The notes under the pieces are model-generated. The model was not told where the DNA came from, made no database searches, and was given only the letters and a program-made list of their open reading frames with translations. Below are positions 23,627-36,800 of a stretch of 64,000 nt of DNA, piece after piece. Both the position numbers and the translations under genes were made by a program. The DNA comes from Stylophora pistillata (Eukaryota): positions 340,134-404,133 of the forward strand of contig NW_019217852.1 of NCBI RefSeq assembly GCF_002571385.2. Reading direction: 5' to 3'. Numbering within the stretch: position 1 is the first letter of the stretch; every line of letters starts with the position of its first letter.

Positions 23627-23975
23627 AGCGGGAAGCAGCGGATAACTGCAGTCACAAATAAACTACGGCACCATAAATGATGCATACTCCTGCGATGAAA
23701 CATTTTTAAAATCAGTGTTTATGCTTATCAGTAAAGCAGCGGATAACTGCAGTCACAAATAAACTACGGCACCATAAATAAACTACGGCACCATAAACTA
23801 ATATGGCCATAAACAGCCATATTAGTTTAAAATGACTGCCAACTCATATTTGCTTGGCTCAAGCTAGCAGTTATGCTTATCAGGGAAGCAGCGGATAACT
23901 GCAGTCACAAATAAAAGACGGCACCATAAATGATGCATACTCCTGCGATGAAACATTTTTAAAATCAGTGTTTAC
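23627..23975. repeat. Complex local tandem duplication with templated inserts
   Basis: Three copies of aagcagcggataactgcagtcacaaataaa; 23806-23883 is an identical 78-bp copy of 26217-26294. Confidence 0.85.
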
Positions 23976-24497
23976 TTTTACTTACTCTTCTCGACCACAT
24001 GCATCAGGAGACCTTCTTTTTAATCTCAGTCCTGGTCAATTGGCTACAAGCCAAGTTCTTTGCATTGAATTATGAATTATGATCGAGTTAAATCTTATGA
24101 CGTACGGAAGAGACACTTCTGCACTCTGTCATGAAAAAATGAACTGTCAGAACTGAACTGTGCTCAGTAATGCTGTGCAATTTTTTCTTGGAGTTCATCA
24201 TTTATTCTTTAGAAACTAGATTTCTACGGTTTATAAAACCTCATGAAATTTAACAGTATTCCAACATTTTCTAAGTAAGAATGAAATGGATAAATAACCG
24301 AAAGAAAAAAGAGAGATGGAGAGGAAGGGACGATTCGAATAATACGTCAATTGTATCTAGACGCTAGATGAACCAATGATAACGTAGATTAGTTAACCTC
24401 AATCGGATTCATTTCTTATCCAATGATTGCCATTGTTATAAATTACGTCAACATTTTCCCGCGCTTTCAACGCGTGAGACAATGTGAAGCGTTAACG

Positions 24498-24689
24498 ATG
24501 GCCGAAACTTTGATAGAGGAAGGCGAACGTCCAACTACAGAAAGACCAGAGCGACAAGTGATCGTTCGTCAGGTCACCCCTGATTTTCCAATACATTTAA
24601 AACTCCTATTGGCATCAACAATTGTCCTAGTTGTGCTCGTCTTAGGGACGATAGTTTATTTTATATACGCTAAATATGCAAACGAATGA
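24498..24689 (+). CDS. 63-aa single-pass (tail-anchored-like) microprotein ORF
   Basis: MAETLIEEGERPTTERPERQVIVRQVTPDFPIHLKLLLASTIVLVVLVLGTIVYFIYAKYANE*; hydrophilic N-terminus, ~24-residue hydrophobic stretch, short C-tail; ATG context ACGATGG. Confidence 0.6.
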   Translation: MAETLIEEGERPTTERPERQVIVRQVTPDFPIHLKLLLASTIVLVVLVLGTIVYFIYAKYANE

Positions 24690-27086
24690 CAGCAGCGAGA
24701 ACTACGGGCCACATACAGGTGTCTGCTCACAGGTAGGCTGATAAATATGCTTGTTTTATTCTACATGCCGCTCGATTTTAATTCAGACTCAGCTCAAAAA
24801 GGAGACGACTTCAGACTTTTAGTAGAAAACTTCACAATTTTAAGCGTTAACATATAACTTGAACTGTTGAAAATGATTATTTACACTTCGGTTTTTGTTA
24901 CCAATGCCGATATGCTTAGATGATATTTTTCCGAGATTTCAAATTAAACACACACTCATGTAATGTATCCGTACAACTGCAATTTTACATTTCCATCCAG
25001 AAAAAAATTAGGGAAATAGTTTCAACTTTGAAAATGAATTTGCATTCGGGAATAAATAATATTTCATTTTCTGGGAGCTTACATTGACGTGTATTTCAAA
25101 ATGAAAAGCGATAATTTTGGCAAGTTTTGAAAACCTTCTCATTAAATATTCACATGAAAAGCAGGTTCTTTCCGAATATTTATTTCGTGTTTGTATATTT
25201 TATTTTTCCTTATGAAAACAGAAGTTTGAAGCTCAGCCTTCACGTTCGCTACACAAAATTAACCTTTATTTATTTTTTAATTTCCTTTCTGTCAGTTTTC
25301 TAGTGAAGAAGCAAGAAACGACTTAGACTTTACCGGAAAACAGATGTTTTGCAATGATGAAGAATTTTGGTAATATCATAGAAAATAACCATAAATGTCC
25401 TTGACTCTAATTAACTCTTCTGAAGGGAAAAAAGCTCATTTGGAATGTCATTAAATAAGACAGACGGATTTGACGCGGAGAAAACATATTTTGTCGAATT
25501 TTTCGGTAACCATGTTAACATTTATGCTAATTTTATTCTAACAAAGATGAGTTCTCGCGTTTTATTTTGACTCAGTATGGTTTCCGCTTCAACCCAGAAT
25601 TTGGCAATCAATTAGTTTCACGTGAAAAAAAAAAAGAAAGAAAAAAGAAGAAAAAAGATAAAACGTAGGAAGAGAAAGTGTTTTCTTTTTTTTTCAACAT
25701 CGACAATTCGTCACCTCTGGCCAGCTGTCATATATTCCGTTCAGTATATCTAGTTTATCAACTCCAGGATATAATGAGCTGCTTCGGAATTTAGTAAAAT
25801 GTACTTTGAAAACCAACGAGACTAAACAATGTAACAGCAGTATTAATTAACCATGACGAGAAAAGGATATTACAGCTTATGATACACACATTTCTATTAT
25901 CTTAATTGATAGTACCACGGAAAAAGCCCACAAGCATGCGAATGGCTCGCCACAAACCAAGACGCAATGGAATGTAAGCAGATTATGTTCCGTTTTCATG
26001 ATTCAAACCATATTAGTTTACATACATACTTGAATGCTGAATGTTCAAACATTTTAAAGGCTCTTTTAAAAAATGCTTTTATGTCCGAAAGTTGAACTAT
26101 GTTTGAAAAAGAAGAGTCTTTTTAAAGAACAATACATTTCCATTTCTTTGAATTTGTTCTTAGAACACCACTTTCGACAATGACGATCCAGATCACACAA
26201 GTGAAAGCAACAGTAAGCCATAAACAGCCATATTAGTTTAAAATGACTGCCAACTCATATTTGCTTGGCTCAAGCTAGCAGTTATGCTTATCAGTAAATA
26301 TAAAAATGTGTCAGAGTGGAAAGGTTAAACCCACTCATGACAATTCAAGTGTTCTGAGAAAAGTGAACCCTCCCCTTGATAACAAACAGTTATGCAAAAG
26401 AAATTAAAAGCCATTGTGGAGAGAGTATGGTTTGAGCTAGACTCCACTAAAAACCCACGGAGATAATGTTGTTAATCTTTCAATCAGCCTTTGTTTCATC
26501 TGGTGGGTTTCATTTTCAATGTGCTTTCTAAACTACCAGCCTCTGATTTTGCGATGAAAATGCTGCCAAGGTTGAACTGGTGCGTCAATTTACTTGGCAA
26601 TGTATTCTTAGAGAGAATAATATACGAGTCTTCATTTATGCAAAAGGACACTAAAGATTTTTCTTTGTGGTCAAAGGTTTCATGTCACCTTTCTTAACCA
26701 GTTAATTGTATCTCTTCAACCTACTACTCTACAAATCATATTAAGAAAATAAACATTTCCTTCACCAGCAGTATGTCCTGATACCTATGAAAACATGATA
26801 TCAAGGATGGGTGAGATTGAGAAGGCTTTGGCAACTGTTAAAGAAACAATATCCACAGCAAGTGGTTAGTATGAAACAGACAAAACTAAGGATGAATGAA
26901 TACAGAAAAGCATAGAAACTAATTTAATGATATTTCTCTTTTTCCCCAACAGTGCGTTGCCATCTGCTTAATGTTGATGTTGTTACAATGTTCAGTCCAG
27001 AAATGCTAGACACCCTGAACAAAACAAAGGAACAGTGTGACAACTGTATAAAAGCAATGGAGACTTTGTCTGCTGAGGACTACTGA
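24676..27086 (+). CDS. Six-exon 156-aa protein with SYCE3-like C-terminal helical domain
   Basis: Exons 24676-24732, 25296-25369, 25913-25973, 26164-26212, 26769-26864, 26953-27086; all GT-AG with matching phases 0,2,0,1,1 and no internal stop. C-terminus CPDTYENMISRMGEIEKALATVKETISTASVRCHLLNVDVVTMFSPEMLDTLNKTKEQCDNCIKAMETLSAEDY*. Confidence 0.75.
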
Positions 27087-27877
27087 CAAAAAAATATACT
27101 AAAAGCAAAGGCTCAAGAGTACTCTTCAAAATTCTTAAAATGTATTTGGAAGAGGCAACTGAATAGCTATTCCTCGTTTAAAACACAAAACATTACTGTG
27201 CCATGTGTAAATTGTCTGTAAGAATAACATGGCATAGAGGATAAAGACAATTTGACAGCTAGACTTTGATTATGCAAATTGCAGGGTACACAATTTTCAA
27301 AAATGTTTGGATTGTTGAAAATTGAAGTGGCACAAAAGCCCTTGTTCAATACCATTTCAGTTTGAAATGGATGATTTAAATTAATTTCGATTTTTAGAGA
27401 AGAGTTATAAAATTGAGGAACTGCTCCATTTAATACTTTTATACACAACAATGAGTTGTTCATACTGTTTAATTCTGATTAACTATTCATCTTGCAACTG
27501 CTTTTTTACAATGTTGCTGTTTATACAATAAACAAGTGAAATCAAAATCCAAGAATTTTAGCATGTTTGTCTGATTGCTAATAAATAACTTGCCATATGT
27601 ACATTTTTGTCTAAACTCTATATACATTTTTCATAATACAAAAATATCCCTTAAAAAATTCATCATTTCACAATGAACTATGCCTGAAATGGAATTCTAC
27701 TAATGCAACTGATGCCTACAAAATGTCCACAATTTTTAAATTTCTACAGTATGAACCTGTAACATTAGCTTCTTTACCAATGAAGGTTATTTTCCCATAG
27801 GATTTATTCCCCTTTCAAATCCAGAGGTTTGGCACAAACTTTGACATTACTAGTGAAGATTAACCTTCTTTGTCTTG

Positions 27878-30800
27878 TTATCTATTGGGGTTTTCTGAAA
27901 CCTTGTGTTTTATCTCGCTGAGAATATGACTCTTCTTAACTTCTGTGGCATTTGGTCTTGCTTTTGGTATGGCAGACAATAACCACTGCACCAATTCCGA
28001 CTAAAAGAAAACAAGAACCAAAAAAAATGTGATTATAAAGAACCTATTCAGGTAAAGGTAAAGAATCCGATCCTACCCACGTGTTGGCCAACGCATCGCC
28101 CGACACAGGAAGACAAACTTCTTGGGATTATCATTCACGAAAATTTGTCCTAGAAACCACATATCTCTGCTGTCTGTGATAAAGTCTCTAGAGTAACAGG
28201 AGTCTTGTGCAAGTTAAGGCGATACTTTCCTTTGAATACTTTGAAAACCTTATATAGTTCTCTTTTCTTACCTTACATAAACTATGGCAGTTTAATATGG
28301 GCATCTACTTATGCTTCTTACCTAAAACCCCTTTATGTACTTCAAAAGAAAGCCGTTCGTATAATTACTTTTTCTCCTCCTCCTCTGCACATCCTCTAAA
28401 CCCCTTTTTTCTAAGCATAATATTCTTTCATTTTACTCTATTTATAAATTCCGTGTTGCCTGTTTTGTATTCTCACATTTTAATAACCTTTTACCTGCTC
28501 CTGTTTCCTCGATGCTTCATTTTAATTCTGAATATCACAATTATTTGACTCGTTCGTGTTTTAACCTGCATAAAACCTGTCATAAGTATCAATTTGTTAT
28601 CACTTGGCAAGCTCTTATTATTTGGAACGATATTCCGTTATCTGTGCGCAAAAATCTCACAGCAAGCAACTATAAAAAAAGCTTAAGACTGTATTTTTCT
28701 CTGAGTAGTTAATTAGCCTGCGCATAATCTGCATACCTTATGGGACTATATTAAGTGTATTTGTTTATATTTGTTAGTGTGGTTTATAGGAATTTATTAT
28801 TAGTCGTTTAAATATTTAAACTAGTTGCCAAGTATTGTATCTCAATTGTAAGTTTTCTGACTGACCTTTTTCTTTCTTGGTTTCATTGTATTGTAATTAT
28901 TTTAGTTAAAACTTTCTTCTACTCTTGTAAATTCTTCTCGTCTTTTGCTAACCTTAAGCCATTTAAGCCCCTGGCTTTGGCTGTTCTTGCGTATTTTTTT
29001 TCTTTCAATGTGTGAATAGCAGGAATAAAATAATACTACCGAAACACTACTGATGCATTGGTAAGATCAACCAACGCGTCGCCCAACTTGTCGGCTAATC
29101 TAACGTGTCGGCCGACAGACTACCGACACATTGGTAAGAATGACTGGATAAGAAAAGGAACTCTAAATCATTGCCATTTTGAGAACGAAACACTAGTACC
29201 TATGTCTTCTCTTAGTTCTTTTTTTCTTTTTTTTTTTTAAGGGTCGGATACCGAGGGAGTTAGCACGTTAGGCGTTGCAAGATTGACCAACACGTCACCA
29301 AGGAGCCACCAGTTTGAAAAAGTCAGTGTCCTACGTAATAGAATTGCAGTGTGATAAACATTTGAAAACCCCAACGATGCGTGTCAGTTTAGAATAGTTT
29401 TAAGGTATCCTTGTAGAAAATATATAAAATGTTCATCTATATTTAATCTTCAGTCAGTCAGGATAAGTAACTGAGTGGGAACTGGGTTCCAAGAACATGA
29501 CAAACAAGATGGTGGCCAAAAGGAAATTATTCATTTTCATATCATGAGTGAAAGTTTAGCATTGCTTAACATAAATAAGGCCCAAACTAAGTCACTGATG
29601 CACCGCCGACAGACCACCGCATCTCGTACATTAGAGGGATAGATGGTGGCCAATGTGCCAGTAGGATCGGATTCTTTACCTTTACTGATATTAAATAGAA
29701 ATAAAACAAATAAACAATTAAACAAAACTTACCTATTAAATAAATTAATGGCATCAGCCTTCCAATTACATCTCCTTATAGCTCAAAGCATACCCCCCCC
29801 AAATTCTCAAGTAAGAAATATAGACCGGTACATGTGCCAAGGGCTAACAAAGGGACATAAAATATGTTTTATTATACTGCACCTGTAGAGGCATTTTTTC
29901 TTGAAAGTAATTTGGGATGACCCTCTGTTTGACACCACACATAACCTATAATTGACAGTAACAAATACACAGTGAGTCCAAAAGAAATATTCTTAAAAGC
30001 CTATTTTCCACTGATGGTGGAAGCATTAACCAATGCAAAGGGGAAAGTACAGAAATCCTTCCAAGTGTTTCATTCTTTTGCTAAATTTCAGCCTAAACAT
30101 GTGTCAGTTTTAGTATGTTTCCAGAATCAAACCTAAATCTTTTTCGTACTTAACCACAGCTTTCACTCAAGCAATAGCCTTTGATACTGAATTCTACAGG
30201 AAAATTCATCACCTGGCAAGGAATTCCATGTTAAATTGCACAAAATTTGATTTTCCTTGAATCGCATAATTAAATATATAAAAGAAAAAAAGATAACAGC
30301 AATGACATAGTTTGTTTTTATCCTGAGTTTGAAACATGACATGCAAAGCAATATCATAAAGGTGAAGGTGTAGTCTGATCGTCACTTGACTCTGATGATG
30401 ACTTCTGCACAGGTTGTCAAAACGTCAGTCACTACCACCGCTCACCCGGACGATCAGACTACACCTTCACATGTTACCCCCGGGTTCAAGCCATTTACTG
30501 CAATATCATAAAGCCTTGTTTGCAATAGTCCATTTTTCAGTTGTGTGCTTGGTTGCCAAGCCTTTGAATAGGAGTGAGGCTAGGGTTGACCTTGCTGCCT
30601 TTCAAATGTAAATCACTTTGTTATCATACTAAGTAGATACAGGTCTCTATCACATCAAGGTCACCTTCAGCCTCACTATGAATCAAAGGCTTGGCAACTA
30701 AGTACACAACTGTAAAATGGCCTATTTGCAATTCCATACTAAATACCTAACTTCTTTAACCAATGCAAGATTTTATTCAATTATGCAATTCTGTATTAAA

Positions 30801-33800
30801 TACATACTCCAAAGCCTATTAATGCATTTTAACCAAACAATCGGAAAGAGATATTGAACTTTAGAATATAGAGTAAATGGAGAGGAAGTGGCGATGTCAA
30901 AGGCTTCAAGCTCTTTAAAAACCCGCTAACAACAACCTTTCAGTCAAGTAAAAGAAGTCATTCCCTCAGCATTGCAATAGTTGGAATTACATAAGGAGCT
31001 CACTACTTCAGACTTAGTCAACTTGTTTATGAGTAATCAAGAAAGAATTTCTCCTTAGAATATCAATGCAATATCAAGCAGAAAACTAACAAGAATAAGG
31101 AAAAGAGAGGATCAGGTGATAATCAGGGCGGGGTTATTCAAAGCTGCGTTAAGTTAACCTAGTGTTAGCATGAAATTTGATTTCAGATCTGAAAGCTTTA
31201 GGAGAAAGTTCAGTTTAATTATTTTGTGTCTACAATTTGACGATCGGATGCTCTAAAAAGAACAGGGAAAATTATCTCATAAAGGTTCTTGAATAGAGAA
31301 ATTAGGAAACCTGAATCAAAATTCAACCCTGGATTAGTGCTAATCGGCCTTTGAACAACTGGACCCAGATCAGTTGATCCAATACCAAATTCTCCAAACT
31401 AACATAAGAATTGTATGGCAGACAGTAAGGAGAATTACAGATGAGATCTTGGGAGTGAAAGGGTTAATGACCAGTCCACCCTGCCCCTCTTACCTTAATC
31501 CTTTCCATTTGAGTACTAAATGGACAAAACAGCTCAAAAAATATGAGTCCAAGGGAAAAGATGTCTACCTTGTGGGAATATGGCTTTCCCTCCATCTGAA
31601 AGTAGTTAAGAAGAATGAAATGAAGGTCGGTTTGTACTGCACACAATAATGCTTTCTGTGCAGTCTTTGGGTAACCTCTCTTAAAGTAACTGTTAAATAA
31701 AAGTACAAAACTTGTTTTCATAAGCAGTAGTTTTGTAACATGGGCATTCCTTTCAAGTACAGGAACTGATCTATCACAATGAAGAACGAGTCCTTCAATT
31801 TTTTCGTTTAATAAATAAATTACCTCTACTAATTACAATTCAACAACTGTACAAAACTTACTGCTTAAAAAGCATTTCACAGAAAAAGTGTGTAACTTAA
31901 ACTTGACAAGCTACCAGTACTTACACTCAGTACACCTATGAGCTAATTTACACATTTAGCACCACAAGCAAGCTTCGCTGATTGTGCTAAAACTGGACAA
32001 TAGTTTTGTCACCTGTTCTGGGCTCATGTACAACTGTGTTCCAACTTGGCTTGTATGATTTGTGTCATCCATTAGAGAATCTACGCATACACCAAAGCAC
32101 AATTTTAAAAATGTAGTCTGATCATCACAATGCTGACCTAATAAATAACTTTCATGTACCAACAAAATCTTACTTTTTTCAAGCAAGACATAATTTACAA
32201 TTAGTAATGGATGATGCGTGACTTGGTCATCTCTAATCATGCTCCTAATAGTCCAGTTTGGTTTGACCCCTTGACCCATAACATAATAAACATGGTATGC
32301 ATCATCTGATTGGTCAATTCAGTTTCCAAACAGATACTTTATGAGGTTATAGGGCCCGCATGTCATTAGTTATGTCATAAAAGCAGTAGAATGCATTTTT
32401 CCAGGCTCTATACTCACAGTGATGAAGCCACTCACAAAGGTTATCAATCACTCACCTTTGGCTCACCATTTTTAAGCTTTCCCCATGTTCTCCCAACATC
32501 CCACATGGCTTAATCACATTACACAGCGCAGAAAAATGTGCACTATTACTTGACTAGCACATTATTTCTCCTTACAAAGCCACCCCCCGAATCACACATT
32601 CTGGCCAGGAAAATGAAGGAAATGATCACCAACTAAAGAAGCTCTACATGGTTAAACAAATTCTCCTTGTCAGCACGTTACAGAATGTATTAATGCGATG
32701 AATAAGCATACGGAAGTTGGGGTGTGAAGGGCTAACTGTTGCCATACCTTTAATGGGTGTGTCCAGGTTGTTTTCTGATGTGTGGGCTGTCACTAATCCA
32801 AAATCACCAACTTTCACTGAACCATCCAGTGAAAAGAAAATATTGGATGGCTGTGAAATAGAATAAAGAGATTGCGGCATAATTTAAACAACATAATTAC
32901 TTTGTTAATATTTTAAATTTGCTAAAGCTCTAACTGGAGGCAATATTTTTATTTAAAGTAAACTGGCCTGGCTGAAAGCAAATATATGAAAAAAGGGATT
33001 ACAAAGCTACCAGCCAGATATTTCATAAACCTGATATAGCAAATGACTCACTGCATCTGTAAACTTGTGCAATTACAAATTAAAATGAAACATTGCCTAA
33101 AAAGCCAGTTTGGTAGGACTCTTAATTACAAGCTGACTTTACGACACTCCTACCATTTTATCTCTTTTTATATGATTTGTAGAATTTCTCTTACCTTTAA
33201 ATCTCTATGCATAAGTCCTCTTCCATGAAAGTACTCAACAGCACCTAGGATCTGTAACAAGCACTTAATAATCAAATTTTCTATAAATAAAATATTAGAG
33301 TGCCATCATCATGGAAGAATGCATTTTACAGAAAGAATGCATTTTACAGAAATAGAAAGGTCTCTTTTCTCACATAACAACCTTGTTGGCACTTTTCCAA
33401 GTTCTAATCATGAACTAGTATTTTTCAATCCAGAGATTTTACTTTACATTTAGAGTAGATACTCAATTCATTGAAAATAGGCATCATAAACCAAGTCTTC
33501 AATTTGTCTGTTTGTTGCAATCATCACTAATTTAAAAGTAAAATGATACCTCTTCAAAGACATTCAGGCAGTATTTATGGTTCCTTTCATGATTAGCTTT
33601 GAGCCAGTCTTTCAGGCTTTCTTTCTGACAAAGCTGCATCTGGATAAACAGGTACAATGGTGCTGACAGCTTATCAGTATTGCACTGCTTATCCTGACAC
33701 TTATGTTTTTCTCCTAAAATAAAAACATATTAATAACATTTTAAGTCAGATAAGCAAAAACACCAAGAACTCATTTAGTGAGTTGAGCATTTGAAACTTG

Positions 33801-36800
33801 AAGCTCCTGGTCATTACAGCGATCAAATTTTAAATCTACCATCCCTGTAAAGCACATTTTAATGTGCTTACCTGGAATTGGCACTACACAAATTGCAGTA
33901 ATTATCATCATTTCATACACCAAACAATCTGTGATCTTAAGACACTTAACAAACACCTTGTCAGGGTTTTGTCAGATATAAAAAACTCTTCTACAAACTT
34001 TTGTAAGGAGGAAATTTAAATAAAAGCATTTAAATTGAATTTTAAAATCAAGGTCAGTTTTTATTCCAAATACAAAAATGAAAATATTTGTCTTTAGGAC
34101 AAACTTTTAGATAGCCTCCAATCATCCTCACCTTTATAAAGGACTAGACTTCACAGTTGGTAGCAACAAAGGAAAAAAGAAACAATTATCTGGTACATTT
34201 ATCAGTTCAAAATCTCTCAGGTTAGGTATGCTTCACTTTCTTCTAATGAGTAATATATCATTCCATGACAGAAATCGAAAAATTATAATTTTCTAGTTTG
34301 GATATACTTTTATTATAGATACTGATGAAATACCAGGATTTCTCCTTTTACTAAAAAATCATATCTTCACCTCGCGCAGTGAAGATACTATTTTTATCTT
34401 TCTCTTCTGGTGTGGCCATGGTTACCAACATAATTACTCAATTACAATAGAGCTTCTCGCTCAGGTGCGCAGTCGGTTGATTTGAGATTTCATCAGCATC
34501 TATATAATAAACAGAACATTATATGGCCACTTGGGGATACGAATTTTATCTTCTTGTGCTGAAAGTATCTCTCACCCGTTTGCTGCGCTCACTCGTGAGA
34601 GATACTTTCAGCACAAGAAGATAAAATTCGTATCCCCGCACGGCCATGTAATATCCGCTATATACAAAATGTGCTCATCTCACTTGAAAGTAAAGAGTGA
34701 TGTGAAGAGGTTAAACAGAGTTCCTCTGAGGAGCTAGTTTCCTTGGATACGGAATCCTGTGTGTTGTCAGATGATGGTAGTGATCCAACGTTGCTTGTGT
34801 TTACATCCTACCAAGAAAATTACACTAAAAATTTTAGAAAGGGTTGATTCAGATTTTGTCCCCCTCACATTATAGTAATCTGAGCTCATGATTGAATTAT
34901 TTTCACAACAACAACAAAATTTATTCATTTTTAGCAATTAAAACACATCCCTAACAATCCCTACCCACAAACTACTGCAACTAATCAAGGCAGGAGGGAA
35001 ACAAACATGCATTAACACATACTCTTCAATAACAAGTTTGACTGAACAGAGGGTATGATTTCAAAGTAACTGGTCAATGTGGACTGATGCGCATCTAAGC
35101 TGCAAAGAATGTATGCTAAATAATTGACTCTTGGTTCAACAGTTTCAGCAAAACATCTCCAGTTCATTTTGAAGAGCTTTTTTTTTCTCAAAATACAGCA
35201 GGTCAAAAAGGGAAAAATGAAACTTAGCACAACTTTTTGAGCTTTACAGTCCATCTATGAACAACACTGTATCAAGCACAATATTATTCCTATCATTTCA
35301 CAAACCTTTTGACTTAAGCTAGAGTCTGAATGTCTGAAGACGATGCTGTCTGATGTACTTTCCTCCAAAGCATTGAGATGAAATCCATTTCTGGGTTTTG
35401 TCAGTTCTTTGTTACTTGATGAAACAAATTCTATACTGAAAGAATCACTAATTTCATTTTCATCTAGGAATGCTTCATTCTCTAACTGATAGACATCAAT
35501 TATCTCGCCATTAATTTTTCCATCATCCTCGTCTGGATTTGAGTGATAAGATGAATGCCTGGATCGGCTGCTGGAAGTTGTTTTCCTCCTTCTTCTGGCC
35601 TTCTTTTCTTCACCAAGGCCTACAGATTTGCATAAAGATTGCAAGACATGAAGGTTCTTTATGTAAGTTTCTTACCTAGCTATTCAACCCCTTGACCTCT
35701 TACAGTAACTACCATCTAATTTCCCCTTGAAATATGATCTCGAAATCATAAATGAAGGTCACAAAAATAAAGGAAATGATTAGCAACTAAATAAGCTCTT
35801 GACTGATTAAAAAATTCACCTTGTAAGCACCTAAGGAAATGTATAGAGTATAGCATGGAGACTATGCTTATTGATGTGTAAAAGGGTTGGTTCATTTTTT
35901 TTTTTCATTTAATTTCCTTTTGGTACTTTTCTATTTCATTCTTATTGCCAAAATAATATAAAATTTACGTTCCACAAAGTATGCTGAGAAATATTTTTAA
36001 TTAAATTAATTCCATAATGACAACTAGAGAGTTGCAGAAATCAGATAGGAGACATTCAGCAGTTCATATCAGTCCGCCCGTCTCTTGCAATCATCATCTT
36101 TCTTATCCTAAAAAATTAAGAACATGGCCCTAAACAACAGCAACAAAATAACCTCATGAAGCCTCACCATTTTGCGAGTACGATGCATCATTTGGTAATG
36201 CATGCATTACAATCCCTGAGCCAAGTGATGGTGCTTCTGATGGCAGTTCGCATAATTCCCTTAAAATCAGATGAACAAATAATTGTTATCAATAAAACAA
36301 ATAATCAGACATACTGATTAATTTTAATTAGTAATTTTTCACTGGAAAAGCTGTTGCACTCAGGGTGTTTGCCTTTAGTCTGAGCTGGTAGCCAGACCTG
36401 TGTATTAATACTGAAAAAAAGAAGTTCAACCAGTAGGGCCCCACACTAACGGTAGCCCACTAGCCACAAACTAGTCTTGGCTAGTGGTGTTACAATTTGC
36501 ACTGTCCAGTTTGGCTTGTAAACAAACTGAAATTGTCATAACACCTAAGATCTCACTAGCTGTTTTACTCAGGGTGTTTACCTTTGGTCTGAGCTGGTAG
36601 CCAGACCTGTGTATAAATACTGCAAAAAATGTTTAACCAGCAGGGCTCAACACTAACAGTAGCCCACTAGCAACAGACTAGTTTTGGCTAGCGGTGTTTC
36701 AATTTCCACTGGCCAGTTTGACTAATCTAGTAAACAAACTGAAATTGTCATAACATCTACAGATGTCACTAGCTGTTGTACTCAGGGTGTTTGCCTTTGG

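Noticed and set aside
30160-30213. Candidate PERK penultimate exon VMNFPVEF...
   Set aside because: No phase-0 donor; exon 29945-29883 ([21 protein letters not shown]) fits both phases and the kinase alignment.
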